41,240 nt of DNA from positions 21,040,442 to 21,081,681 of the forward strand of contig NC_069001.1 of the NCBI RefSeq assembly GCF_001194135.2. Direction: 5' to 3'. Within the stretch, counting starts at the first letter, position 1. Each line of letters begins with the position of its first letter. Below, one piece after another: positions 12,208 to 23,924 of this stretch. Below the pieces are notes generated by a model. That model made no database searches. It saw nothing but the letters and a program-made list of their open reading frames with translations, and had not been told where the DNA came from. The position numbers were made by a program, and so were the translations under genes. This DNA is from Octopus bimaculoides (taxonomy: Eukaryota).

Positions 12208-12427
12208 AATAATAATAATAGTATTTTATAGGCTTAAAGCTTATAAGCGATCACCGCGCAATGCCTAAAGAAAATAGTTAAATAAAGGGGCATATAAGTC
12301 CTCGACGGAAAACCTACTTTTTTTTTCCATCGAGGGCTTATATGCCCCTTTATTAAACTATTTTCTTCCGCCATTGCATAGTGATCGCTTATAAGTTTTA
12401 AGCTTACAAAATACTATTATTATTATT
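12208..12427. mobile_element. Fold-back (palindromic) MITE-like element
   Basis: 105-bp arms 12208-12312 and 12323-12427 are reverse complements with 12 substitutions; 10-nt spacer. Confidence 0.85.
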
Positions 12428-12501
12428 TACAGAATTGTAAAAATCAACGCTGCTTAACAAAAACCATCGTAGTAAAAGCATATAATATAAAGTATAACAC
12501 A

Positions 12502-12832
12502 AGCACAGGTCTGGCTGTGTGGCTGAGAAACTTCTTTTCAAGCCATTTGATCTTGAGTTCAGTCCCACTGCGCGGCACCTTTGTGGAAAATTGGACTTCT
12601 TGCTTTTGCTGACTCATCAAACATATTCGTATATGTGTATCGCTTGATCCCGGTGCTGGTTTCTCTACGTTCGCGCAATCTAGCAGTTCTGCAAAAGAGA
12701 TTGATTGGATGAGTACTAGGCTTGAAAAAAAGAAGATACCGGGGTCAATTTATTCGACTAAGCCCGTCAAAGCGGTGTTCCAGCATGACCGCAGTCCACT
12801 GACTGAGAGAAGTAAAAGATAAAAGAATAGAT
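12502..12832 (+). mobile_element. SINE family 1
   Basis: Head tggctgtgtggctgag...gagttcagtcccactgcgcggcacc; tail ccagcatgaccgcagtcc...gtaaaagataaaag. Confidence 0.85.
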
Positions 12833-12899
12833 ATAAAGGGATAAGAAACTGGTGGATTGAAAACCGATGAAATAATAATTCACGAAAGAGTTTAAAGAG

Positions 12900-14510
12900 G
12901 AAGTCAGATGTTTGAAGGTGACGGGAAGAGGAGAGGCAAGGTGTGTGAGATAGAGAGGCTAAGTGGAGCATCTATACATCTTGCTCTTTGGATGTTGCAT
13001 AGTGATTGAAGCGTGTTTGGACGAGTCGATTTTTGTTATGTACGGCAAGGTTGGCATTAATAACTTTAGTGCTTCCTACCTCACCGACTTGCTAAGGGTC
13101 TCGGCGAGGTGCGGCGTAAAGATGATAACAGCAACAGAACTTTAGGAAGCGCTGAATGGTTGCACGAGTCACGAAGATTTATTTCGCGATCTCTTGGCAG
13201 ACGTTTATCGTAACTGGCAGCAGTTTGGGAACAAATCTTAATTATTAGAGCCGAGGCATGGTAGCGCTGCTTACAAAGGACGCTGACAAGAGGGACAGTC
13301 GGAGGTAACTTTCGGCCAATAACTGTGCCCAACTTTAAAGTTTTGGCCAAAGTGTTAACGAAGAAGTTGGGACTTGTTGAGGAAGCTCTAGAAGTCAACG
13401 AAAGCGGACTGGGTTTCGGATGAAAAACTACTGCAGGCGCAGGTCTGGCTGCGTACTTAAGAAGTTCACGTTGCAACTACGTGGTTTCGAGTTTAGTTTC
13501 ACTGTGTAGTACCTAGGCCAAATATCTTTTACAATAACTCCGAATTGATCAATGCCTTATGAGTGAAAACTGTGTGGAAGCCCATCGTATATATGTATAT
13601 ATGTTTGTGTGTGTGTTTGTGTTTGTTCCATTCCCACTACTTGATAATCGGTGTTTTTCTTTTTGCGTGTCTCGATTCAACAGAACAGATCGATAGAATA
13701 AACACCAGGCTTAAAAAATAAGTCCTGGGGTCGATTGTTCGACTAAACCCTTCAAGACTGTACTCCAGCATGGCCACAGTCCCGGCGACTGAGAAAAGTA
13801 AAAAGTGAAGGATTTATAACTCCAGAACTGGCAGTGCTATCAAGGGGCATTACTGGATCGAGATAAACACAGAAGTGCCGTTAGATGGGGCTGTCCGAGA
13901 CGTTCTGCGCATACTCATTCAGTGTCCGGGTATTATTGAGGTGTAGAGTTCGGTTGAGGAATTGCTGCCTTGTGTGTGAAAGGTCCAGCTGTCGACCGTG
14001 TCGCGTGATGGCTGCCCTGCCACCCTCCTTTCACTGGGCACACAAGACAGTTTTCTTATGTATAAACCAGCTATTGTTGGCGAGGCTCGTCTTTCTACAG
14101 CTCGTCTCCTTGACGGAGTTGCAGTCCTGCGTGAAACAAATATCAAGGCTGGGCATCTAGCATCTAGAAAGTCGACAATTATTCACCGCCCTCTCTTAGT
14201 TGGGCGACAGGATTAGTGGATTTTGCACTCTTGCAACCCATAGATGATTAATGTCAAGGTAGAGAGATGGCGTTCTTCGATGAAAACGAAAGAGGTAATC
14301 CGTTTCGGAGGAGTTCTGCATCAGGGATTGCCATGAGTAACTTCTAGAATTTCTTGATCTGGCAATGCAAGCGAGGGGCACCATCAATTTCAGGTAAACT
14401 TTACAGGCACGAAAGTGTCGTCAAACAAGCCTGCTCAAGATGCCTGCAAAGCGACGAAACCTATCTCTACACACTTGTTTAGTGTCCAGGTGTTGCGAAC
14501 ATGTGATGTT
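12900..14510 (+). mobile_element. Tx1/L1-clade LINE remnant, interrupted by a SINE
   Basis: About 13261-13380 reads VALLTKDADKRD / GNFRPITVPNFKVLAKVLTKKL (RT subdomain). About 14396-14500 reads KLYRHESVVKQACSRCLQSDETYLYTLV*CP (C-terminal zinc knuckle). Left boundary approximate. Confidence 0.8.
13436..13806 (+). mobile_element. SINE family 1 inserted in the Tx1-like LINE
   Basis: ggcgcaggtctggctgcg head; tail ccagcatggccacagtc...gaaaagtaaaaag. Confidence 0.85.
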
Positions 14511-14914
14511 ATATTGAAAAGTTGCTGTTGATTGTGGGATGATTCTGGATATCAACCGAATACGTCATCGTCATTGCTCTTTAACTGCTTTTCTCTGTTG
14601 CGCAGCCACAGGGAAAGTTTTCACACGGTGGATGTGGTTGAAATGTCTGACGACTGATTTTCCTCTTTGGTTAAGCCCTCATCAAGTAATTCAAGTTTCA
14701 CTTGATAAGGAAGATGAAGATGGAGACAGAAATGCTGTCCTCGAATATTTTTGAAGTAAAAAGAATATCACAAACTACTTCTGGGTTCTGTTGGTTTCAT
14801 TTAAACAGAATATGACAACCGAGTTTTGTAGGGTTTGAATGTTTTCAAGACAACGCGAAATTATTTCCTATAAAATCGAGATGGATTCAAGTTAATTTAT
14901 CAATAATATATTGG

Positions 14915-15352
14915 GCATGAAAATGGAAGAAAAGAAAGAAGAAGGTTCGTACTGTTGCAAACAGCACAGCCACAGCTACGATCACACTACCAACAGCAGC
15001 CCCAACTACAAAACTAACAACAGCTGTCACAACAAAACCATCGGTAGCAACAGAAGGTCTCAGAGACTGAGGAAAAAGAAAGAGGCTAAGCGAGTTTAGT
15101 ATATAAAGGAAATGCAAATTTTCCAAAACTCTGTGGGAGGAAGAAAGATCTGAGAGACTCATCAGTCGTAAGTAAGCTGAAGAAGAATTCCTCAAGAAGA
15201 ACAACAGTAACATTCTTAGGGGATAAGCATAGACTTGAATGTTATCAAAGATGGAGCTCCTGTATAAGAGCTTGAAACAAAGGAGTCAACATGGAAAGAA
15301 GTCAAAGTTGTAGAGAAAGCATGGTTCAGAATTTGCCCCAGGACCAAGTGAA
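14915..15352 (+). mobile_element. Probable Hero/R2-superfamily non-LTR retrotransposon remnant (pre-RT region)
   Basis: RRSQRLRKKKEAKRV, ESTWKEVKVVEK, then frameshifted FAPGPS. Resembles the EP.WKEV..VV.KAR..SAPGP segment as I recall it; heavily decayed. Confidence 0.45.
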
Positions 15353-15424
15353 CTAACTTAAAATGTTTACAAAAGATGACAGCTGCAATAGACTATGTAA
15401 ATTTTTACAGAGAGTAAGATGCTG

Positions 15425-15725
15425 TTCCTCTGTAATACGTAGATTCTTAGGTCTCCAGCAGATGCAATTGTGGCGGTAAATTGAGCCATTTAATTAAAAT
15501 GTAGCTCCATCCCTCCAAACAATTGTTGTTGGAAAGTGTGCTTCTTCTACACATTTTGACAAGTACAAATCGCTAAACTCTACTCTTCGGTTCAGATCAT
15601 CTTCATTGAAAGCATGGACTATTCTTGGAATGTAACTTTTCCAATGATAGTGCTTCAAAATTCGGTGGAAGCTTGATATTTTAAAATGCTTTTCAAATTT
15701 TATATAGAAAAGAAGTAGCATTCCT
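15425..15725 (-). mobile_element. Tc1/mariner (DD37D-like) transposase remnant
   Basis: [21 protein letters not shown]...[26 protein letters not shown] matches the WSDEA.F.LNG.VNRHNC.YW motif. Confidence 0.8.
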
Positions 15726-16089
15726 GTTCACCATTCAATCCTAAGCAACTTTTGGCATAATCAACGGAACAATATTACAGAAACATTGATATGAAGTGCA
15801 AAAGAAATAAACCTACATCTAGAGTTTATTTTTGTCATACTCAAACACTGACTCTCATTGAAACCACTGTACATTCCTTTGTTGTGAGCTGCCAGTTCCA
15901 CTATGAACTTTCACTCGAGTGATTTTTTGGGCAAACAGGTATGACATTCAATAATTGGAGCAGTATGTCGACAAAAATGAATTACTCTAGATTCCATAAA
16001 AAAAATTCAAAGCTTCTGCAAAGATCAAGCAATTGGAAACTAAGTCAGGAGATATGGATTTCCCTTATGCTTGAAGTGAAACAGGCAAA

Positions 16090-16356
16090 ATAATGTTGAT
16101 CAAAATAATTCTGACAAAATGCTCGTTCTCTCAAGCAAATTGTTACTACTGTGTCTATATTTAGAATTGTTGCAACATTTTAGGAATGCTCATTCTGTTT
16201 TTAAGCTCCCGAATGACCTTACACACAGTTGAAGTCCAGTGTGCAATATTCATAAAGGACGAGGACAGGCAGAGATTTTGAAGCAGTTTCTGCAGAAAGT
16301 ATGATTGGATAATGTATTTAAGAGAGTTGTATTTAAGGCCCTCAATCGCACTTTAC

Positions 16357-16389
<33 letters not shown>

Positions 16390-17260
16390 GGATAGATAGA
16401 TAGATAGATACACCTCAGACACCAGCAGAAATAACCGGTGTTTCCTTGGGGGCCGAATATGTAAAAACATGTTCGTTGAACTTAAATTATTTATTTTGTG
16501 GAATATCTCGAGGTACACACATAAAACTATATATAATAGTATATTATATCTAAGAGGTAACAAGAGTTAAGAATTAACACTAATCTTACCCTCTGGAGAC
16601 GAGAAGGAAAATAGCTTTCTACTAATATGAGAGCTGCACTTATAGAGATGCCTCAGTAGCCCAGTTTGCAAAAGTTTTCTTCAGTTTGGGCCAATGATCA
16701 GCTACAAGTTGACACTGCTAGTGGAAATATCAAAATACCCCATCCTTCAAAAAATTGTGGAGCAGTCATCAAAAAATCTCAAGAAATGTCCTAGCCTCTT
16801 ACTGAATTATGGAAATCATGAGTGGGTTTCTGAACGAAGCATCTTAGGTTCCAACAATAATATTGTACAGAATACAAATGCACTCACCATTCAACAGTTG
16901 TCAATCAAATACAGTGGATATTATTCATATCCAGCAGCTGATGTTAACGAAGCTACCAACTATCCAGTAGAGTTTATCAATTCACGTCAGCCCGCTAGTG
17001 CCTCTTCTCACAATCAGCACGTGAAAATAGGACTACCTTATGTGTTGGATGCACCAATACGTACCAATATTTTCTAATGGCACAACAGTAGCTGTAAAAA
17101 CGTTTATGCACCATTATGAGTGGTTTCGAAAATTGAAATTGAGATATATTCCAGTCACATGTTCTCTTCATCCCATCAGATATTCTATCTCAGTTCCTGC
17201 GCCCTAACTTTCAAGTGGCACTGTCTTTATGACTATCAACAAGTCTTGTTCTTTTTCTTT
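16090..17260 (+). mobile_element. Helitron PIF1-type helicase remnant, interrupted at about 16340-16575
   Basis: AHSVFKLP...SPVCNIHKG; LWR...LSTNMR; EWVSERSILG; TNYPVEFINS; ends near MTINKS. Confidence 0.85.
16360..16545 (-). repeat. Dispersed repeat carrying (ATCT)n, inserted in the Helitron remnant
   Basis: Reverse complement aligns with 18060-18260 (tgtgtgtRcctcgagatattcc...ggaaacaccggttatYtctgctggt(atct)n). Confidence 0.8.
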
Positions 17261-18059
17261 ATGATCATCATATCTTAACAAGGATATTCTTTTACAGTTG
17301 TTATAACTGAACTGACAAATCAATGTTTCTCTTATGGTCGACACTATGTTGCATGATCACGTGTTTCGTTATATCGGAATATAGTACTACAGAAAAAGAA
17401 ATGTCGACCACCTTTGAGCTCTTGCTGAATAAAACATTTCTGATAGAATTGTTTTCGTTTTGTGCATTGCGTATCAATTTGAGATTGCAAGAAAATATGT
17501 AAAGTAAAACACATGGTGTGTTCTTGAATTACAAAATTAGCATTCTCAATAAATACAGCATCATATATCATAAAAAGATGAGAAAATTCAACTTTAGGCA
17601 TTTATCTACGTTGCAATGAGATTATATGTAAATAAAATTATATCCAAAAAGCATCACCCCTCCCCCGCACCCCAAAAAACTTGCAATAAATTAAATAATT
17701 TAATGTCAAGAGAGAAATATCTTGAAGCACACACATAAAACTATAAATAATGGCATGTAAATATTGGACAGAAAGAAAAATCGAAAGAAGCTCGCTGAAT
17801 ACAAACCTACATCTACTGTAGACATAACAGGAGGCCTACCACTGTGTCAAAGAAACCCTTCGGATTGCTGCATCCATTTTAGAAACTTTATTTTTATCAG
17901 CGAGAATTATATGTAGCTGACGTCATAAGAATTTGTAAACTTTCGAGAGAACAGGAATAATTCTTATTTGGAATATCCCGAAGCACACACAGGAGATGTG
18001 GGTTCGAGTCTTACGGGCATCCTTCGACATTTTCTATCCAAAAGAGTTGTTCAACTCAA

Positions 18060-18181
18060 TACTTATATGCTATTGTATATTGTTTTATGTGTGTGCCTCG
18101 AGATATTCCCAAAAATAAATGATTCAACGCACATAATTTCACATATTTGGCTCCAGAGGAAACACCGGTTATCTCTGCTGG

Positions 18182-18262
<81 letters not shown>

Positions 18263-18291
18263 GTCTGTCTGTCTGTCTGTTTGTCTGAGAG
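18060..18291 (+). repeat. Second copy of the (ATCT)n-carrying dispersed repeat
   Basis: Matches 16360-16545; further partial copies near 17718-17765 and 17958-17983. Confidence 0.8.
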
Positions 18292-19256
18292 NNNNNNNNN
18301 NNNNNNNNNNNNNNNNNNNNNNNNNNNNNNNNNNNNNNNNNNNNNNNNNNNNNNNNNNNNNNNNNNNNNNNNNNNNNNNNNNNNNNNNNNNNNNNNNNNN
18401 NNNNNNNNNNNNNNNNNNNNNNNNNNNNNNNNNNNNNNNNNNNNNNNNNNNNNNNNNNATATATATATATATATATATATATAAGCACTCTATATATGCT
18501 TTACGACAGTGTTGTAGCTTAAAAAAATTGCAAATATCTTTTACTATCGGTTTTGATTTTCTTATTTTCATAATAACAGTCTTCTACAACAATAGCGCCA
18601 ACAGCCATAACAACACCAATGACAATATAGAATAACATTCAGCAAAAAGCAATCACAACACTGAACAGTACGATGTTGACAGTGTCAAATGAGTTAAAGT
18701 TAAGGACTGAACAGCGATCATAAATCGCATAAATACATGAGTATGGGAAACAATAATATTATACTATTAACACAAAAAGACCTATTTGATGCAGTTTCTG
18801 AATAGTCAATCGAAAACCAAGACAATCAACCGAACATCCATTCTCAAATGTATCATCGTATTTGTTTCTTCTAATAAAACAATTTCATAGTATCGAATGA
18901 AATTTGATTCTGAAACAATAAACAAATTTTTTGATACAAGTCACTTTCACTAAATTATGTATATCCAATGAAAAAATAACTCTTTCCTCCTTTTTGCATC
19001 TTTTTGATTACTCTTTCGTTTTCCAAATTTTTAACCTTCCTCTTTTTCTATATATTTCGTTCTCGCTTTTTCTCGTTTTTTCCCTCATTATATTTTTAGT
19101 TCGTTATGCCATGTGAACTGTGCCTGATGATTGTGCCGAGATGTCTGACGTGTTATAAAACGTTGTTTGGCATGTTCTCTGCACATGAAACTAGTAGCAG
19201 CACATAAAAACATGTCCGAATGAGAAGCAGTAGAGTAATTAGATAAAGATAGTTAT

Positions 19257-19510
19257 GGCCGTTTTATGGGGTTACTCGGGTTTCAGGTTCATGAAGCGCT
19301 TAGTTTTACGGCGTCTCTTCAGACCCTAATGGCCGGTAGCCTATAACTTCCCTTCAAAGTGGATGAAGAAAAGACCTCGTAGTTAGTTGTTGAACGCCTC
19401 CCTACACTTTGAAGAGAGGTTATAGGTCACTGGCTATTAAGGTCTGAAACGATGGTGTAAAGCTAAGCGCTTTATGGACATGAAACCCGAGGTAATCCCA
19501 TAGACCGGCC
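19257..19510. mobile_element. Palindromic element with GGCC ends and TTAA-like flanks (Kolobok-like MITE?)
   Basis: Arms 19257-19361 and 19405-19510 differ by 19 substitutions and 1 gap; flanks ttat and ttaa. Confidence 0.75.
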
Positions 19511-19547
19511 TTAACAACCTTGATCTAATATGTACCTTTCTCATTCC

Positions 19548-19633
<86 letters not shown>

Positions 19634-20549
19634 NNNNNNNNNNNNNNNNNNNNNNNNNNNNNNNNNNNNNNNNNNNNNNNNNNNNNNNNNNNNNNNNNNN
19701 NNNNNNNNNNNNNNNNNNNNNNNNNNNNNNNNNNNNNNNNNNNNNNNNNNNNNNNNNNNNNNNNNNNNNNNNNNNNNNNNNNNNNNNNNNNNNNNNNNNN
19801 NNNNNNNNNNNNNNNNNNNNNNNNNNNNNNNNNNNNNNNNNNNNNNNNNNNNNNNNNNNNNNNNNNNNNNNNNNNNNNNNNNNNNNNNNNNNNNNNNNNN
19901 NNNNNNNNNNNNNNNNNNNNNNNNNNNNNNNNNNNNNNNNNNNNNNNNNNNNNNNNNNNNNNNNNNNNNNNNNNNNNNNNNNNNNNNNNNNNNNNNNNNN
20001 NNNNNNNNNNNNNNNNNNNNNNNNNNNNNNNNNNNNNNNNNNNNNNNNNNNNNNNNNNNNNNNNNNNNNNNNNNNNNNNNNNNNNNNNNNNNNNNNNNNN
20101 NNNNNNNNNNNNNNNNNNNNNNNNNNNNNNNNNNNNNNNNNNNNNNNNNNNNNNNNNNNNNNNNNNNNNNNNNNNNNNNNNNNNNNNNNNNNNNNNNNNN
20201 NNNNNNNNNNNNNNNNNNNNNNNNNNNNNNNNNNNNNNNNNNNNNNNNNNNNNNNNNNNNNNNNNNNNNNNNNNNNNNNNNNNNNNNNNNNNNNNNNNNN
20301 NNNNNNNNNNNNNNNNNNNNNNNNNNNNNNNNNNNNNNNNNNNNNNNNNNNNNNNNNNNNNNNNNNNNNNNNNNNNNNNNNNNNNNNNNNNNNNNNNNNN
20401 NNNNNNNNNNNNNNNNNNNNNNNNNNNNNNNNNNNNNNNNNNNNNNNNNNNNNNNNNNNNNNNNNNNNNNNNNNNNNNNNNNNNNNNNNNNNNNNNNNNN
20501 NNNNNNNNNNNNNNNNNNNNNNNNNNNNNNNNNNNNNNNNNNNNNNNNN
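19634..20549. other. Assembly gap, the largest of eight
   Basis: Other N runs: 5663-5700, 7899-7987, 18292-18458, 22592-23098, 23925-24575, 36267-36276, 39677-40017. Most are flanked by microsatellites. Confidence 1.
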
Positions 20550-20596
<47 letters not shown>

Positions 20597-21166
20597 CATA
20601 TATGTATGTGTGCATGTGTGTGTCTATGCACGCACACACACATATACACAAAAACACACATATGTTTATCTCACATAACTATATACTTTATGTAAATACA
20701 TACTTTATAGAAATATGTACTTTACGATCTATGCCTTATATAGAGAGTCTATTCTTTCTTTTATTTTCTTATGGGTTTCTGCGTAAAGGCTGTGGGGCAC
20801 CGCCAGTAAATATACATTTTATGCAGATATATGTTTTATTTTATATACCTACTTAATATAAATATGTACGTAAGGGTACTATCAATGGGTGAAATAGATT
20901 TTCCATGGACAGAGGAGGTTTCCGTTGTTTTAATAAAACTGCGAGGAAAATAGCTCTTCTCGGAGTCAAAATAGTACCAATCATTTTGCAATGCTTGTCT
21001 CCAATGACGTAGAGATGTCTCACTATCATTTCATTTCTTGATCTATTTTGTATTCTATAAAATCTTATCAAGGCTGAAAGTAAATCAGAACAATCAGTTT
21101 GAAGGTTAGACGGCTATCGTCTGACAAGGTGAGGCAATCACCACCATCATACGTATATATTTATAT

Positions 21167-21275
21167 AGGCGCAGGCGTAGAAGTGTGGTAAGAAGCGAGC
21201 TGGCAGAAACGTTAGCAAGCCGGGCGAAATGCTTAGCCGGTATTCGTCGAGGTCGAGGTCGACTTTGCCTTTCAT
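21167..21275 (+). mobile_element. Chimeric SINE (family 1 head fused to family 2 body)
   Basis: ggcgcaggcgtagaagtgtggtaagaagc runs directly into gagctggcagaaacgttagcaagccgggcgaaatgcttag...gtcgactttgcctttcatcc. Confidence 0.7.
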
Positions 21276-21299
21276 CCAAACCTTGATGTATTAAAGCTA

Positions 21300-21665
21300 T
21301 TACTTAACGATGGTGAGAATATGGGTTCCAGTTGCAACAACTGTAAAATTTGCAGCACTTGCCCATCGTATGTACTAAAAATTCTGGCATCTAACAGACT
21401 TCATGACAAGGCATAGGATAACTTATATGAATTTATAAAGTCATCTGTACGCTATCAGTTACCCAAGTCCAATGTGAGAGGATGTTTTTAAAGCTAAAGA
21501 TCATAGATCATAAAGACAAGGATAAGAAGTTTGCTGTATGAGAACTTGGAAGCATTATACATATTGCTATCCATTGAAAATGAATTGTTAGATGAACTGG
21601 ATACAAAAGCAATTACTGACAGAATCGCACAATCATCTTGTGAACTCAAATGATTGCTCTGAATA
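21300..21665 (+). mobile_element. hAT transposase C-terminal dimerisation-domain remnant
   Basis: ICTLSVTQVQCERMFLKLKII, a 7-bp duplication (gatcata), then KTRIRSLLYENLEALYILLSIENELLDELD. Confidence 0.8.
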
Positions 21666-21894
21666 TAGTGGACTGCATGTAATACAGATTTTGTACATCT
21701 GAACTATCTGTTAATGTGTAAAGTGTGCAGTACAAGTAAACTATTTTAAAATACCCACCAATTATTTAAAACTTTTAAAAATTGGTACATGTATAATATA
21801 CTAATATTTTGAAAGAATAAAAGAAAAATAATGGCAAGAGCAGGGGAGAAAGAATAATAGAAGGAAGTCAAATATTAAAAGTAGAAGAAATCAA

Positions 21895-22514
21895 AATCAT
21901 TTAAATTTATCCTTTATTTTTAGATGAACTGGAGCAATCGAAGTAGTGGTGATAGAATTCTTGGCATATGTATGTTTAATTAAAAACATTATGTGAACAA
22001 GTTGTTTGAAAGAAATCTCTTTCGTACAGAGCAAATAAACAATCTGTTGGGCGAAGATTGTTTCATTCAGTCGCTGTGGGACCACAAACATCGAGCCTGC
22101 TGACGTAACCAATTTGGTGCAGATGGTTTTCAACACTCGATTTGCATATCTGAGGAATATCTGCGCTAATCCTGGTAGTATAATGGGGTTTGGTGTCACT
22201 TTCAAACTCAGTTGATCAACCAGAGCGATTTGCATCTTGAACGGAAAAAATTCTTGAGCTTGAAAACCACTTCTGGTATACACGTTCTGTAACAGCATCC
22301 TCTCTGTACACAACGCATATCTTCCTGATAATAATAGGAGGTGTCGATAATGTTCGTTTTGGTGCTCCCTTTTCAGGGTCATCTGAAATAGCCTGTCTCG
22401 TCGCAAGTTCGCGTTGAACTACGTTGACGTGCGATTGCGTTACCTACTTTAATTAATAAAGTGTACTTGAAGTTTAATGTCGATCAAGAGCGAGTGGACT
22501 TTTGGGCCAACCTA

Positions 22515-22515
<1 letters not shown>
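21895..22515 (-). mobile_element. mariner (Hsmar1/cecropia-like) 5' half
   Basis: TIR TA|ttaggttggcccaaaagt at 22515. Frame RKICVVYREDAVTERVYQKWF...DANRSG...HLHQIGYVS, then frameshifted VVPQRL (WVPHEL motif). Confidence 0.88.
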
Positions 22516-22591
<76 letters not shown>

Positions 22592-23821
22592 NNNNNNNNN
22601 NNNNNNNNNNNNNNNNNNNNNNNNNNNNNNNNNNNNNNNNNNNNNNNNNNNNNNNNNNNNNNNNNNNNNNNNNNNNNNNNNNNNNNNNNNNNNNNNNNNN
22701 NNNNNNNNNNNNNNNNNNNNNNNNNNNNNNNNNNNNNNNNNNNNNNNNNNNNNNNNNNNNNNNNNNNNNNNNNNNNNNNNNNNNNNNNNNNNNNNNNNNN
22801 NNNNNNNNNNNNNNNNNNNNNNNNNNNNNNNNNNNNNNNNNNNNNNNNNNNNNNNNNNNNNNNNNNNNNNNNNNNNNNNNNNNNNNNNNNNNNNNNNNNN
22901 NNNNNNNNNNNNNNNNNNNNNNNNNNNNNNNNNNNNNNNNNNNNNNNNNNNNNNNNNNNNNNNNNNNNNNNNNNNNNNNNNNNNNNNNNNNNNNNNNNNN
23001 NNNNNNNNNNNNNNNNNNNNNNNNNNNNNNNNNNNNNNNNNNNNNNNNNNNNNNNNNNNNNNNNNNNNNNNNNNNNNNNNNNNNNNNNNNNNNNNNNNTA
23101 CACACACACATACATATATATATGTGTGTTTGTGTGTGTGTGTATGTGTGTGTGAGTGTGTGTGTGCGTGAGTGTGTGTGTATATATATATGTGTGCGTA
23201 TACACACACACATACACACATACACACAAACACACACATTCAATCAAAAATGAAACCAGGAAAAAACAACAGAAGTCAAATAAAACGTATACAGTGAATA
23301 TATTAGATTGATGCTCAATGAAAATTTTAAATGGAGAATAGGTGTGGAAATGACGTTTCAAGCGTGGCGCTTCGTCGGAAAGAGGAAAACGTCCAGAGAG
23401 GAGAGCTTAGGCATAGTAACAATAACAACTTAATAAACAAATGCTTCAAATTAAAGCGGTAGTCGAGTAGAGAGCATCACCTTATAGCTTCCTGGAGGTG
23501 CACTCGCTATGCACTGCATCACATCTTATAGAGGAACATCTGCAAGTTGATGAAGGTGATTACGTAATCCATTTTCTCTTGCCATTTATCAAAATTCATA
23601 TTATGTTCTGTATATATATAAATAATACACATCCCTAACTATACACACACACACACACACACGCACACACATATATATATATATGCATATATATATATAC
23701 AAATACATAGATACATACATGTATACATACATACATACATACATACATACATACGTCCATCCATCCATCCATCCATCCATCCATCCATCCATCCATCCAT
23801 CCATCCATCCATACATGCAGC

Positions 23822-23924
23822 ACAATTTTTGTCACTGAACAGGTCGCGGTCTCAAAGCGACGAAAATATTTTGACAAATTAAATTTAAATGTTGAAGTGA
23901 ATCTGACGGCTTTTGTGTGTTATT
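23822..23924 (+). repeat. Dispersed repeat with hammerhead-like fold, copy A
   Basis: Reverse complement of about 30843-30940; see findings. Confidence 0.85.

Noticed and set aside
14950-15065. Thr-rich mucin-like frame (also 38191-38300 and 18580-18660)
   Set aside because: Decayed (ACA/AAC)n microsatellites bounded by stops, with no splice support
17990-18025. tRNA-like gggttcgagtc B-box (also 30570-30625 on -)
   Set aside because: Only a T-arm-like piece; no acceptor, D or anticodon stems, so at best a SINE relic
19128-19180. cctgatga...aaacgtt hammerhead-like string
   Set aside because: G12 is missing, G lies at the cleavage position, and there is no convincing stem II
21897-22406. 169-aa minus-strand ORF as a host gene
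   Set aside because: It is a frameshifted mariner transposase; the TIR is present at 22515
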